Shown here piece by piece: positions 37,531 through 49,880 of a stretch of DNA of 64,000 nucleotides. Within the stretch, counting starts at the first letter, position 1; each line of letters starts with the position of its first letter. A program made the position numbers and the translations under genes. The DNA is taken from contig NC_133620.1 of assembly GCF_048593235.1 (NCBI RefSeq), positions 200,820,852-200,884,851 on the forward strand, read 5' to 3'. Below the pieces are notes generated by a model, which was not told the DNA's origin, did not search any database, and was given only the letters and a program-made list of their open reading frames with translations. The DNA comes from Sminthopsis crassicaudata (Eukaryota).

Positions 37531-39534
37531 TATGGATTGTTCAAGAATGGGCACCAGATTATCCAAGAAAAGTCTGTATCTAGAATTTAGGTATCATCTA
37601 GCCTAACTTTTTGAACACACACACACAAGTATATATATGAAATTAAAGTTTAGAGAGTGAAAATTACTTGCTCAAGATAATTTCTAGTCCAATATTCTTT
37701 CCCACTATACAATACTACTTCCTTTATTTCCTTTACTTCTGCCTGGAGGCCTTTCCAAATGATAGCTACTATTTTCCTCTGCTATCTCAATGAAGTAAGT
37801 CATTCAGTTTGGATTCTGCTGTCATTTTCATCTGTCACATTTTTCTTCTTGAGTTTATACCTTAGGATAGTTGACATATGGATATTCAGTGAGGTATGCT
37901 GACAGAAATATGTATATTTATTTATACCCAGTTTAAAAAAAACCCACTATCTGACCACTATGTAAAGCAGATGTGGTCTCCCAAGTTACTTGTCCTCTGA
38001 ATGTATAAAAGTTAATATTGCCATGCCATTTTATTACAAAAACTTTTCATCATAAAGGCAATTTCCTTCAGTGCAAGTTGGACTTAATTTTCTTAGGAAA
38101 AGCTGAGATAAAAGTTTTCCAAATCCTACAGATTTTCTTGTAGCACTCAAATTCTTACTTCCCTGTTTTCTTTTTTAAAACAAAAAAGTTAGGTGGGGGG
38201 AGACTAGCCACATGCCATCTGGGACTAATGGTAAAAGAAGCTTGTAATCGCTTATGTCAGTGATGAGGAAAACAAAGCCTAATAATTATATTTAAATAAC
38301 ACTCCTGGGATTAGTAGTGACCTGAAGTAATTGGGCCTAAGAAATGTAAATGAGACTCCTATTAAAAATAGCATTAACTCTTTATAGACTGCAAAGGCTT
38401 CTGCCATTTTAGAGAGAAAGACTTTCCTTCATTACATATGGAACATATTAGTCCATAAATGAGTTCATAAGTTCTGTGCCAGGCTTTCTTCATCAGAAAA
38501 CCTTGTTAAATCTGGGAACTAATAGGAAATGAATTTAGTTAGCAATGAGAAATCAGACTATTAAGAAAGGCTCAGAGCAAATAAAACCTTCTAAGGCAGT
38601 TGGCACATAGCCTTGTAGATCAACCTCTGACATGAACGTCATAATACATTATTATCTGCTATTTATCATTCAATTGTTCTAATGATTCATGTTCTAATCT
38701 TATCTCTATTAGCTTTGGGATTAATTATTTTTATTTATTTTTTTTTTGGGGGGGGAGAGATTCAAGTTAACTAAAGGCTAAGAAGTTGTTTCTGGGATAG
38801 AGAAAACTGCTAGCAATTAAATTCCCAAGACATTTGTTAAGCTGCAAAAATAGACTGAACTTTTATATCATATCATATTAAACGACAGAAACACATTTAT
38901 CCTATGATTTTAAACATGATGTGAGGAGCAAGTCAGGTTTCTTGATAGATGCAACCCAGATTTGACACTTATATAAGATTAATTCATTATGGAATGGTGA
39001 TGACTCACTTCAAAATTGACACGAAGAAAACACAGCAGGTCTGTCAGAGAGACTTGGATTGAACACTATTATAATGTTCTATTGTTCTGGATAGACTCTT
39101 TTGAAAATTATGGGAGGATTGCTGTAAGTAGATTCATGGAGATCACATATGAGGAAAGAATGTCTATTTCTGAAATTAATAATGAGTCAGTTGGCACAAA
39201 CATTATGTAAAAGTAGACAGGAAAGGAGAGGAAAAACCCCGAATCTATCATTCATACTGAAAAAAAATCAGACATGAATACTCTGGGGAAACAAAGAATT
39301 AATACACTAGCAATTCATACTTGGTTTCTTCTCAGAATTAAAATTGAATCATCTGTTTTCAAAACCTGATTTGTCAATCTGAGTGACCTTGGGGAAGTAA
39401 CTTTACTAGCTGAGTCTCCATTTTTTTTTTACTTATAAAAAAAGGTTAGATTAGATGATTTCCGATGTTTCTTCTAGCTCAAAATTTAGTGACCCTATGA
39501 TTTCATGTTAAAATTAAGGTTAATTTTGTTTTCT

Positions 39535-40007
39535 TAGAAATTTATATGAACTGGTCTAAGTGAAGTGAGGAAAGCCAAAATAACATTGTACACAGCAACA
39601 AGAAGATTATGTGATGATCAATTGTGATGGACTTGGCTCGTTTCAACAATGAAGTGATTCAGATCAATTCCAATAGACTTGTGACAGAGAAAGCCATCTG
39701 TATCCAGAGAGAGAACTATGGGGATTGAATGTGGATCACTAGATAGTATTTTCACCTTTTTTGTTGTTATTTGCTTACTTGTTTTTTTCCTCTTTCTCAT
39801 TTTTCCCCTTTTTGATCTTATTTTTCTTGTGTAGCATGATAAATGTGGAAATATGTTTAGAAGAATTGCACGTGTTTAACCTATATTGAGTTAGTTGCTG
39901 TCTAGGGAGGGAGCAGTTGGGGAGGGAGAGAGAAAATATGGCACACAAAATTTGCGTTGAAAACTATCTTTGCTTGTATTTTGAAAAATAAAAAGCTATT
40001 ATTAAAA
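39535..40007 (+). mobile_element. L1 3' end (ORF2 tail and 3'UTR)
   Basis: Colinear with 13730-14150 and, in reverse, 59190-59585. Confidence 0.92.
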
Positions 40008-40944
40008 TGTTTTCTTAAAAATAATCGTGAGAAGTCTGGACCATCTTACTTCTGAAGATATTCTTTCCCTGTGATTTTCTTAACATAGATGATGGTATTG
40101 GATTTAAGTTGCTAGTAAAAGAGATAATGTGAACCTCCAGTGAAGCCTATTTTAATGCCTCTTAGTGGCATAGAAGTTACCTAGAGTTTTCAAAGGTTAA
40201 ATTAGTATAGTGGAAGCTCTGGCATATGTTACCAAAGTTAGAAAGTCTGTGCCATGTTTGAGATTTTGAGAAAATTTCTTTTATCTCTTGTGGAAAATTT
40301 GTAGGGCTCATGAAGCTTCTTGAATGAAAAAAGTAATCAGCAAGTCTTAACTAACTAGTCATAACTCTACCTCTAAAAATTCAGTTTTGTGTAGTGATGA
40401 TAGGTGACATTGACACAAGAGACAGTTTGACAGTCACACAATTGTTCTAGGAGAATAGATATTCTATTCTCCAGAATGTATTTTCATTATTCCCATAAGG
40501 GTTGAGGTAGGGATTTCAAATTCCTCATACAGTTTCTTAGATATGACTCTGGGAAGTCATTTGAATTCTCTCAATCTTAGTTTCTTTACCTATAAAATGA
40601 AGATAGTAATAGCATCCAAATAACAGGACTTTTGTGAAGATCAAATGCAAATCTTAAAGCACTTTGATGATACAGCTATAAAGATGATGGTGGTGGTAGT
40701 AGTGCTGCTGGTGGTGGTGATGATAATGATGATGATGTCAGGACCTAAGGACAGGAACATCAAAGTGATGATACCTGGAATAGCACCAGCAGTATCCCAT
40801 GATGCTGGAGGACCATGATGTGAGATGTGAGGACAGGATCTACCACAGAAAGAAAATGTTAACTCTACTCCCTCATCTGATATTGAACTCCATTCATCCT
40901 TATAGTTAACAACTTTGCTCAGAAACTCCTGTAGTAAGATCATA

Positions 40945-41170
40945 TGAGGATGCCATCTGAAAAGTCCTACCTCCTAAGAAAGAAGTGTGGAACTCAATAT
41001 GCAGAATGAGACTCATTTGGGGGCATGGTCAATATGAAAATTTGTTTTACTTGATTATAACTATTTATTACAAGGATTTTGTTTTTTCTCTGTTCAGGAT
41101 TGGGGGGTAATGATGGTAGGGAGAAAAAATTCATACTTGTTAATTGACAAAAATACAATTTAATTAAAAA
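40945..41170 (+). mobile_element. Old L1 3'UTR fragment
   Basis: cctacctcctaagaaagaagtgtggaactcaatatgcagaatgagac... ending in an A-rich tail. Confidence 0.65.
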
Positions 41171-41180
41171 GAAGTATGAA

Positions 41181-41365
41181 GGGGCAGCTAGGTGGCACAG
41201 TGGATAAAGTCCTGAAGTCAGGAGGACCCGAGTTCAAATTTGACACTTAACACTTCATAGCTGTGTGACCCTGGGCAAGTCACTTAACGCGATTGCCTCA
41301 GCAAAAAATAAATAAATAAAAATAAAATAAAGTTCATTGTATCCTATCCAAAACCTTTTTTTTAA
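41181..41365 (+). mobile_element. WSINE1 SINE with 3' extension
   Basis: ggggcagctaggtggcacagtgg A-box, gagttcaaat B-box, core; 14-bp TSD aaaaagaagtatga at 41166-41179 and 41366-41379. Confidence 0.9.
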
Positions 41366-42038
41366 AAAAAGAAGTATGACTTCTATTTTGTGCTTTAGTT
41401 GAAATATTACTTGTCCTTCCTTGACTTCTGGAATATCTTTGTTTGCTATGCTTCTGTTACTGCTGTAGTAACCCATCCCTACTTATAAGAAGCTCCTATT
41501 TGTTTGGGCAGACTAACATATAAACAGATAAATATATGCATGATAATTTGAGGAACCAGGGAGAGGATCATTAGCAATCAGGGTGATAAGGAAAGACTTC
41601 CTTTTTTCTTTTCTACAACATGCCACATGAGGAAACCATAAAGGGAAATAGAGGTTTGGAGAAGCAGAGCTGGGAAGGGAGACGATTCCAGGTATAGGGG
41701 AATGGAGGATAGATAGCCTATGCAAAAGCATTGAGGCAGAAGATGGATCCTAAGTATCTTTAACAAAAATGGAAATCATCTATTAGGCTTAATCAGTTTC
41801 TAGGAGTTTTAGTTTTTATTTCTTGCCAAGATGATGCAATTCCATTTTAATGCTATCTAATACTCCTTCTGTAACCAATTTGTTAATCATGTTTTGGTGA
41901 CTGACTTTTGGGCACACTTCCCAAGAACTTTAAGGCTGCCTTAATAAACAATAATATGTCTGTAGACAGAACCAGATGATTATTATTCATGGATGGCATT
42001 ATATAGAATTAAACTTTCTGAAACTGCACTGAACACAT

Positions 42039-42194
42039 NNNNNNNNNNNNNNNNNNNNNNNNNNNNNNNNNNNNNNNNNNNNNNNNNNNNNNNNNNNNNN
42101 NNNNNNNNNNNNNNNNNNNNNNNNNNNNNNNNNNNNNNNNNNNNNNNNNNNNNNNNNNNNNNNNNNNNNNNNNNNNNNNNNNNNNNNNNNNNNN
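42039..42194. other. Assembly gap (156 N)
   Basis: N run. Confidence 1.
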
Positions 42195-43679
42195 ACCAAT
42201 AATATGCAAAGGAAAGCCTGCTTAGTGTGGGTTAGCTGCTGTATAAATGCAGGACAATCATTCTCCTTCTCAAGGGAGGCTATTTTCTTGAATCATACAG
42301 CCATTGACTCTTCCAATTACCAGGGCTCCCATGCACAGTTCGGGGCCTCTATCTTTTTCCCTCTTGCTGCTTGACTCAGTCACATTATTAGCCTTTACAC
42401 AGGTACATGCTTTCATATTATCTCAAATATTTTGAGATAGCTTTGGGGCATATATAAAAACCTGATGCCTATTGCTGCTACCCTCATAATTAAATAATAA
42501 TAATATTTCAGAAAATGGATCTTTATAGGTAGCTGAAGTCTATAATATACTATCCTTAAATCACCCCCTATCAGTGGTCCATTAACTCCTCATTAATCTC
42601 TTTCCTGTTCAGGCTGTTAGTGGTATATCACTCATAATGTGTCATTGTTGATCATTGGCAAAATATTTCCTAAGAACATGTGGATTAGAAGTGGTGCTAA
42701 ATCCCCCTTCTTATCTTTAGCATCACTTAAAATAAGATTTTGCTCAAGGGTGCTCTAAAATTTGTCAGATGGCTTAGAAACCCTCCTATGAATTTAATTG
42801 TCATATACTTTGATTTTTACTTTTTTCTTCTGTAGAACAATATTAGCCAATCAATATTAATTGAATATTTACTCTGTCCAAACATTCATTTGATCTGTGG
42901 GAGGTACAAAAAGAAAGTCCTATCCCTCAGAATTTCAATATGGATAGTGTTTGGGGATATCTTCTTTTTTTTGGGTAGTGGTAGCACTGTGTTCTTACGT
43001 GAGTTTGAGGATACCACAGATGGACAACAGGGGGAATTTTCAGGATCTATATTTCACTGATGTACACTACCATTACCAGAGATCTTTCATAGGTTTTCTC
43101 CTTAAATATAAATGACAAATCTTATTATGATATTCTATGATTTTTTTTTGGGCAGGTGTTATTTAGGGATGGGAACAAAGGCAACATTCACCAGTTTTCT
43201 TTGTTTAGTAGAGCTTTTATACTCATATAAATATTGGTTTATGCTGCAGGCATGGAATGATATGATTTCTTGCATAGATTTCTCACTCTCTTTGAAAAAT
43301 GATTTGATTGACATAAAATTTCCATTTTAGTCAATAAAAGATGGTCAAATGCAATATAAATGCTTCTGTATTCAAAAACGGATACTAAAAACTTGTAAAC
43401 ATGGCAAGCAAAAAGACTTAGGATGATCTTAGCTTGGCTTTATGAGGGTTCATAATGGAATAAATGTTGACACTTTATTTTGCTGTAGTTTTTAGTATCA
43501 ATAATAGAATTTTCATGTTGTTAGCCTCGTGTGTCTTCATTTTAAGGCAGAAAAATTGTTTGGGGGAATCTATTTGTACCCTAAGAAATATTTACCCGTA
43601 CAACTTCATATTCTTTATGATCATATTCTGGATTCCATTGAGAGTAAAACTTGAAATTGATGAAATTGTTAGGTGAAGT

Positions 43680-43880
43680 AGTGTAGGTACTGTTTGACAT
43701 GAATTCAGGAAGATTCAATTTGGAATTCTTTCTTAGAGACTTGCTAGCTGGGTGGTCTGTTCATCTTAAGTCAGTCTCAGTTTCCTACCTGGGGATAATA
43801 ACACCTACTTCACAGAGTTGTAAGCATCAAATGAGATAACATATATAAATCACTTTGTAGACTGCAAAGCACAAAATAAA
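43680..43880 (+). mobile_element. MIR SINE
   Basis: Core gtctcagtttcctacctgggg...cctacttcacagagttgtaagcatcaaatgagataa. Confidence 0.75.
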
Positions 43881-44479
43881 TATTAGATATTATATCTTTT
43901 TAGAGATGCGGCTGACTTTGGAGCTAGCACGACATAGGTTTATGTCTTGCTTTTGGCACATACTGGTTATGTGGATCATTTTACTTTTAAATTGTTTAAA
44001 TTGGCATACGCTTAACCATATTTGGCTTGAAAATTCACACATATCTAAAAAGGCTTTATGTTTTCAAAAATCTTTTATGGACAGCTAAGAACCAGAAGAA
44101 TGAATTTCTCTTTAGTTTATTATTGAAGCTCTAATGTCTCTTCTATTGTACGTTTTATAACCTCAAAGCCATTCCAAAAAAAAGATTAATAATAATAAAA
44201 TCAAAATGTTAATAGGTTTCTATCAATCAGCAATGTTGTTCTTAGATGGCTGACAGGGATACGGATAGAGAACAGGGTCGTGATTTTATGTAATAGGAAA
44301 TTTTTGAATGAGGAAACTGTCCTAATGAGTGCTTTTTTTCCCCTCTAGGTACTTCTGCTTTCTTTCAAGTTCAAGAAGTAGTGAGAGCTAGTGAAGTACA
44401 GAAATATCTTAGATAGTCTTGCAATGTGTTGTCTTTTCAGAAGAAGGTCCTACTACCATAGTGGGGGAACCTGGCATTG

Positions 44480-44642
44480 CTATCACTTGTTTTGTAGTCA
44501 ACAACTTCCCAAGAAGTGGGAAGCCAGAGGAGCTATTGAAGGTGAAAATCGACAAGGATGCCATTGTTCTTCTATCTATCAAGGCAACTGTGTCTCAAGC
44601 CTAAAATTACCGTTGGCAATTCCATACCAAAACAAGTGATAG
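44480..44642. repeat. Perfect 15-bp inverted repeat enclosing 133 bp
   Basis: ctatcacttgttttg (44480-44494) / caaaacaagtgatag (44628-44642). Confidence 0.95.
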
Positions 44643-45089
44643 GGAAGAGACAGAGGCAGAGACTTTAAATACATCGAGCAACTTTTGTTTCTACTGTCAA
44701 TCAATTAAAAATAAATAATACAATTTTTTTGAGAAAAAACAAATTGTACTTAAACCATTTTTCAGTTAGAGAATGACTCACATCCTTATGCATTTGACAA
44801 AGTTCTCTATGTATTTGAGATATGAAACATTCTAAGAACTTCACAATGCTTTCTGTAGGCAGTAAGAAGGGAAAATAGGTTTATTTTCAGTGATAATTGA
44901 AATATACCAATACACTAAAAGCACCAATAAGAGTCATTTACATAAAGATCTCTTTCAGGGAGGTCTGTTAGAGGGTTCAGATCAAATGTCACTAAAGATT
45001 ATAAGGAAACTTTTCTACACAGTCAGAATATGATTTACCCTAGATGACTAGTCTGCATTCCTTTCCTTTTTTTCCCCAATATATCTACA

Positions 45090-47450
45090 TATCATTTATT
45101 TTTACATGAATTAATTATATATACTTTCCCTTTTCCTTTGCATTGAATGATTTTTAAAAAACTCATAAAAATATGTGTAGTGCAGCATATGATAAATTCC
45201 TACATTGTCAGTGTCTGAAATGGTATATTTCATTCTGAATTTAAGTCCATTACCTCTTTTGTAGGAAGTGTGTGGTATGTTCCATCTTCAGTCTTGAAGT
45301 TGGGCTCTATCATTACATTTAACTGAATTATAAAATCTCTCAAAGTTATTTTTCTTTCTAATGTTATTATAATTGTATACATTGTGTTATATATATCTCT
45401 TGGTTCTACTTACAACAACCTATAGAAGTTTTGCCAGTTTCCTCTAAAATTACCTATTTTATGGCATAATAATATTCCATTATGTTCATATGCCACTGCT
45501 TGTTTAGGCGTTGCTTAATAGATAGATATCAACTTTGTTCCTCCATAATTTTTTTCCTACTATGAAAAGAGTTACTATAATTTGTACATATGGATCTTTT
45601 CTCTTTTACTTTAGAATTTCTTTGGTCCCAGTAAGGATATTGCTAAATCAAAATATATGGTCAGTTTCATGATTTGAGGAGCATAATTTCAAATGGCTCT
45701 TTAGAATGCATACCTGAATTTTCTGAAAAATCATTTAGTTTTAAAGTTTTTTAGTAGAATTTTATTTTTTCCTCAGTTGCATGTCAAGAAGAATCTTAGC
45801 ATTCATTTTTATCAGATTCTAAGTTCAAAATTTTTCTCCTTCCCTCCCTTCCTCTCCTCCCCTCTTCCAAAACTGGTAGACAGTTTGATATAGTTTATAC
45901 ATGTGCTATCCTGTAAAACATATTTCCCTATTAGTTATAATTGTCAAAGAAGAAACAGATCAAAAGGGAAAAAACATGAGAAAGATTCAAATAAATAAAA
46001 AGTTTTGATTTGAATTCTGAGTCCATCAGTTCTTTATCTTGTTTTGAATAGCATTTTCCTTCATGAATCCTTTGCAGTTATTGTGGGTCTTTGTGTTGCT
46101 GAGAAAAGCTTATTTTATTATAGCTGATCATATACAATATTGCTGATATGTAGACAATGTTTTCCTGGTTCCGTTTGTTTTATTTTGCATCAATTTGTAC
46201 AAATCTTTTTAGGTTTTTCTGAAATCTACCCCTTTTAACATTTCTGATTGCACATTACATTCATATATCACAACTTTTTCAGATATTCTCCAGTTGATAG
46301 GCATCCCTTCAGTTTCCAATACTTTGCTACCAGGAAAAGGACTGCTATAAATATTTTTGCTCATGCAAGTCTTTTCCCCCTTTTTATGATCTCTTTGGAA
46401 TACAGATCTAATAGTGGTATTTCTGGGTAAAAGGGCATGGACCATTTGGTGCCCTTTGGAAATAGTTCCAAATTGCGTTCTACAATGGCTGGATCAGTTT
46501 ACAACTCCATCAACAATGCATTAGTGTCCCATTTTTTCCCACGCCCTCTCCAACATTTATTATTTTCCTTTTTTCCATATTGCCTGATTTGGTGGGTGTG
46601 AGATGGCGTCTTAGAGTTGTTTTAATTTACATTTCTCTAATCAAAAATGATTTAAATCACTTTTTTATATGCCTATAGATAACTTTAATTTCTTCATCCA
46701 AAAATTACCTGTTCAAAACTTTTGATTATGTAGCATTTGGGAAATGGTTTGTATTCTTATAAATTTGACTCGGTTCTCTGTATATTTGAGAAATGAGGCC
46801 TTTATTGGAGACACTTGCTATAAATTTTTTTACAGCCTTCTGCTTTCCTTCTAGTATTGGATGTACTGGTTTTGTTTGTACAAAAGCTTTTAAATTTAAT
46901 ATAATCAACATTATAGTTTGCATTTTGTAATGCTCTCTATCTTTTGTTTGATCATGAATTTTTCCCCTTTCCAGGGGTCTGATAGGTGGATTATTCCTTG
47001 CTCTTTTACTTGTGGTGTCACCCTTTATTTTTAAGTTATATGCTATATTGAATTTATCTTGGTAGGTATGACATGTTCTATACCCAGTTTGCATCCTATT
47101 GTTTTCCTGTTTTCCCAGAAGTTTTTGTCAAATAGTGAGTTCTTAAAAGTGGAGTCTTTGCGTTTATTAAACAAGTCTATCCCAACGATCTATTTCTTAG
47201 CTTATACCAGATATTCTTAATGATTACTGCTTTATAATAAAGTTTGAGATCTGGTATTACTAGATTACTAGATCTTCCTCAATTGATATTCTTGCTGTTT
47301 TGCTCTTCTGGATGAATTTTGTTATTTTTTCGAAGTCTATCAGTTGTTTTTTTTTTTGGTAGTTTGATTGATATGGTATTTTATAAGTTTGTTAGTTTAG
47401 GCAGAATTGTCATTTTTATTATTTGGTTCATCCTACCCATGAGCAATTGC
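45090..47450 (-). mobile_element. Two adjacent reverse L1 fragments (older ~45090-45740; younger ~45745-47450 with ORF2 remnants)
   Basis: Reverse 3'UTRs and ORF2 C-terminal motifs; colinear in part with 5788-7300. Confidence 0.85.
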
Positions 47451-49189
47451 TATATATTTTTTTGTTAAATGGTTGAGAAGCAACATAAATAGAGTCATAA
47501 ATGTGTGGACTTGAAATCAGATAGTTCTAAACAAATTCTTCCTCAGATTCTTGTAGTTGTTTGACCTCAAGAAAATCACTAAAAATACACTGTGTCTCAG
47601 TTTCCTTACCTAAAAACAGAATTAGATGGTCTTGAAAGTTTTTTCTAACCCTAAACATATGATGTTCAAATTTTCTCTCATTTTCCAAAATGAGTCCTGT
47701 GCTTGATTTTTCCTTCTAAATAATCTCCTGGGATCTGTTAGGTTTCCCAGTTCTGAAGATGAAGACAGCAATAACATAGAAAGCTGGGAAAATAGTTCTT
47801 AGCCTTATAATTCATAGCAACCTTCACTACCCAAGTTGAAATCTATTTTAATAGTGGTTTCTGGAATGCTTCTGTTGAAATCTAACATTTGTCAGAAATA
47901 CAAGGTTAGATAGATTAAAAAAAAAAGCTCTTTGGAATGGCTATTGCAGGGAAGGGAACTATGGAGAAGAGGAAAAGAAATCCACTTAATTCAAGACACA
48001 TGGAGAAAAATTAGCAAAAGGTGGCTTGACCCAATATACTTGGGTGGCGCTTAAACTCGCTTTGGGGGCACACATAAGTGGAAGGGCAAACAAGTGATTC
48101 CAGGCATCCCAAGATGAGCCTTACTCTCTTTTTGACCTGAGCCTGGAACACCACTTTCTATTTCCCTAAATTTACTTAGTGGTCATTTATAAATTTTAGG
48201 GGTTTGCTTTTATGTGAATTCTCCAGCTGTCGAATAGTTAAAATTGAGATGGTGGGCCTGAGTAGTGGAGGTGGGCCCCAAAGCTGTTTCCTCTAACTCT
48301 CAGCCATCCATGGAGGGCTTAGTCATAGAAGATTTTTCTTCATTAAATTACGCCTAATTCAGTGATAAATTGGTTTAACTCTGTCCATTAAAAAGGAAGG
48401 CCAGAGATTTTATAGGGGGTCAATGGAAAGGCATGCAGGCTGTTTCATGTCATTAGTTTTCATGAGGTTGCAAAGTATAACTGTTCTAGCATGTGTCTTT
48501 CATTAATGGGTACAATGCACATTTTGTGTGTGTGTGAACATTTTTAGATGTAAAAAGTCAATTCTGAGGTTTCTCACCTTGCTTTTTTGCCACTGGATTC
48601 CATCAGGCCACAATGTGTCTGAACTCAAGGCTTTTATGGTTGATTTTGAATAATTTCTTATTTTGTACTACATCCTAACAAGTTCGAGTCCCCATTTCCC
48701 TGACCTGAAATTAATGGGTTTAAAACATGGAGGCAGGAGAGTTCACCTCACCAAACTTCTTTCTTTCCGGTGTTCAGAGAACCTTCTAATCCCACTTCCT
48801 TCATAATACATTCCTTAGCTAAGTGGAAGAAGAGTAATGAGCTTTTTTCTTCCCTTGTCTTCAATATAAAATCCAGACTGCATTTTCTAATGCATGTAAA
48901 TGCACAATGTAATTACTTGGTAATTAACATTTATCCTTTTATATATCCTTGTCAATGGCATTGTGAATACTAATAATTAGCCCCTTTTGCTGGAAAAAAT
49001 TAGTGGGCTAGCATTTGACCAGGGTGTAAGTTCTACCTTCTAAGCTAGCTCTAGTTTCACATTACCTTTCACAAATCATTTAATCTCTCTGTATCTCAAA
49101 TTTCTTTTTTTTTTTTATAAAATGAGTGTTTTTTGACTGAATAATCTCTAGAGTTCCTTCTCACGCTAAGATTCTGTGCTTCCACTCAT

Positions 49190-49880
49190 CTGCCTTTGCA
49201 GTGAATGCTTCCCATGTCTGGAATATACTCCCTCTTTCTCTCTTAGAATTGTTAACTTCCTTTAAAGCTCATTTCAAACTCAATCTTTTATGTAAAGCTT
49301 TCTTTTTTCCTGATGATTTTTGCTCAAATGAATTTATATTTATTGTTTATATGTTTTATTTGTATATAATTGTCTATATGTGGCTTCTTGATAGAATATA
49401 AGTTTCTTAATAGCAGGAACTATTTAATTTTTGTTGTTTTGTTGTTAACTACGTACTATGTTTCAGGAATTGTGCTAGGCTCTTGGGAAACAAAGAATAA
49501 TGTAAAAATGTTCCTGCTCCCCGAAAACTTACCTTCTATTTTATATGGAAAGATAATATTAAAATATATATCTTATGTATAATATGTATAGACACCATGT
49601 TAGAGATGCATTTAATATACCTATGCCTTTATATTTACACATCTGCATTCTGAATGCATATGTCTATACGTATTATGCATTCACAAATACATTTACAAAG
49701 TAATTTGGTTTGGGAGGAGAAGATATTATTAGTCTCTGGGAATCAGGAAAGGCTTCATTCAGGAAGTGACTTTTGAGTTGATCATTTAAGGAAACCAAGA
49801 GATGCTAAGATGCTGAAATAAGGGAGAAGTATGTTCCAGGCATAAGGAATAGATTGTATAAAGGAATGAAGCAGGACAAC
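49190..49880. mobile_element. Tail-to-tail L2 3' fragments
   Basis: Plus-strand L2 end (~49190-49420) then reverse L2 end (~49440-49880). Confidence 0.6.

Noticed and set aside
40681-40945. Faint resemblance, from memory, to bornavirus N (IPG..., L.LTTLLRNSCS) or the filovirus NP acidic tail
   Set aside because: It has multiple stops, grows out of a (GAT/GGT)n repeat with internal gatgt.aggac repeats, and the similarity is short and low-complexity. A TBLASTN against viral proteins would settle it.
42242-42247. TATA-like boxes here, at ~811 and at 55538-55545
   Set aside because: There is no correctly spaced Inr or CpG island, and such motifs are common in AT-rich DNA.
42999-43100. Minus-strand exon-like unit with a gtaaga donor
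   Set aside because: It has stops in all three frames and a moderate acceptor; no support without expression data.
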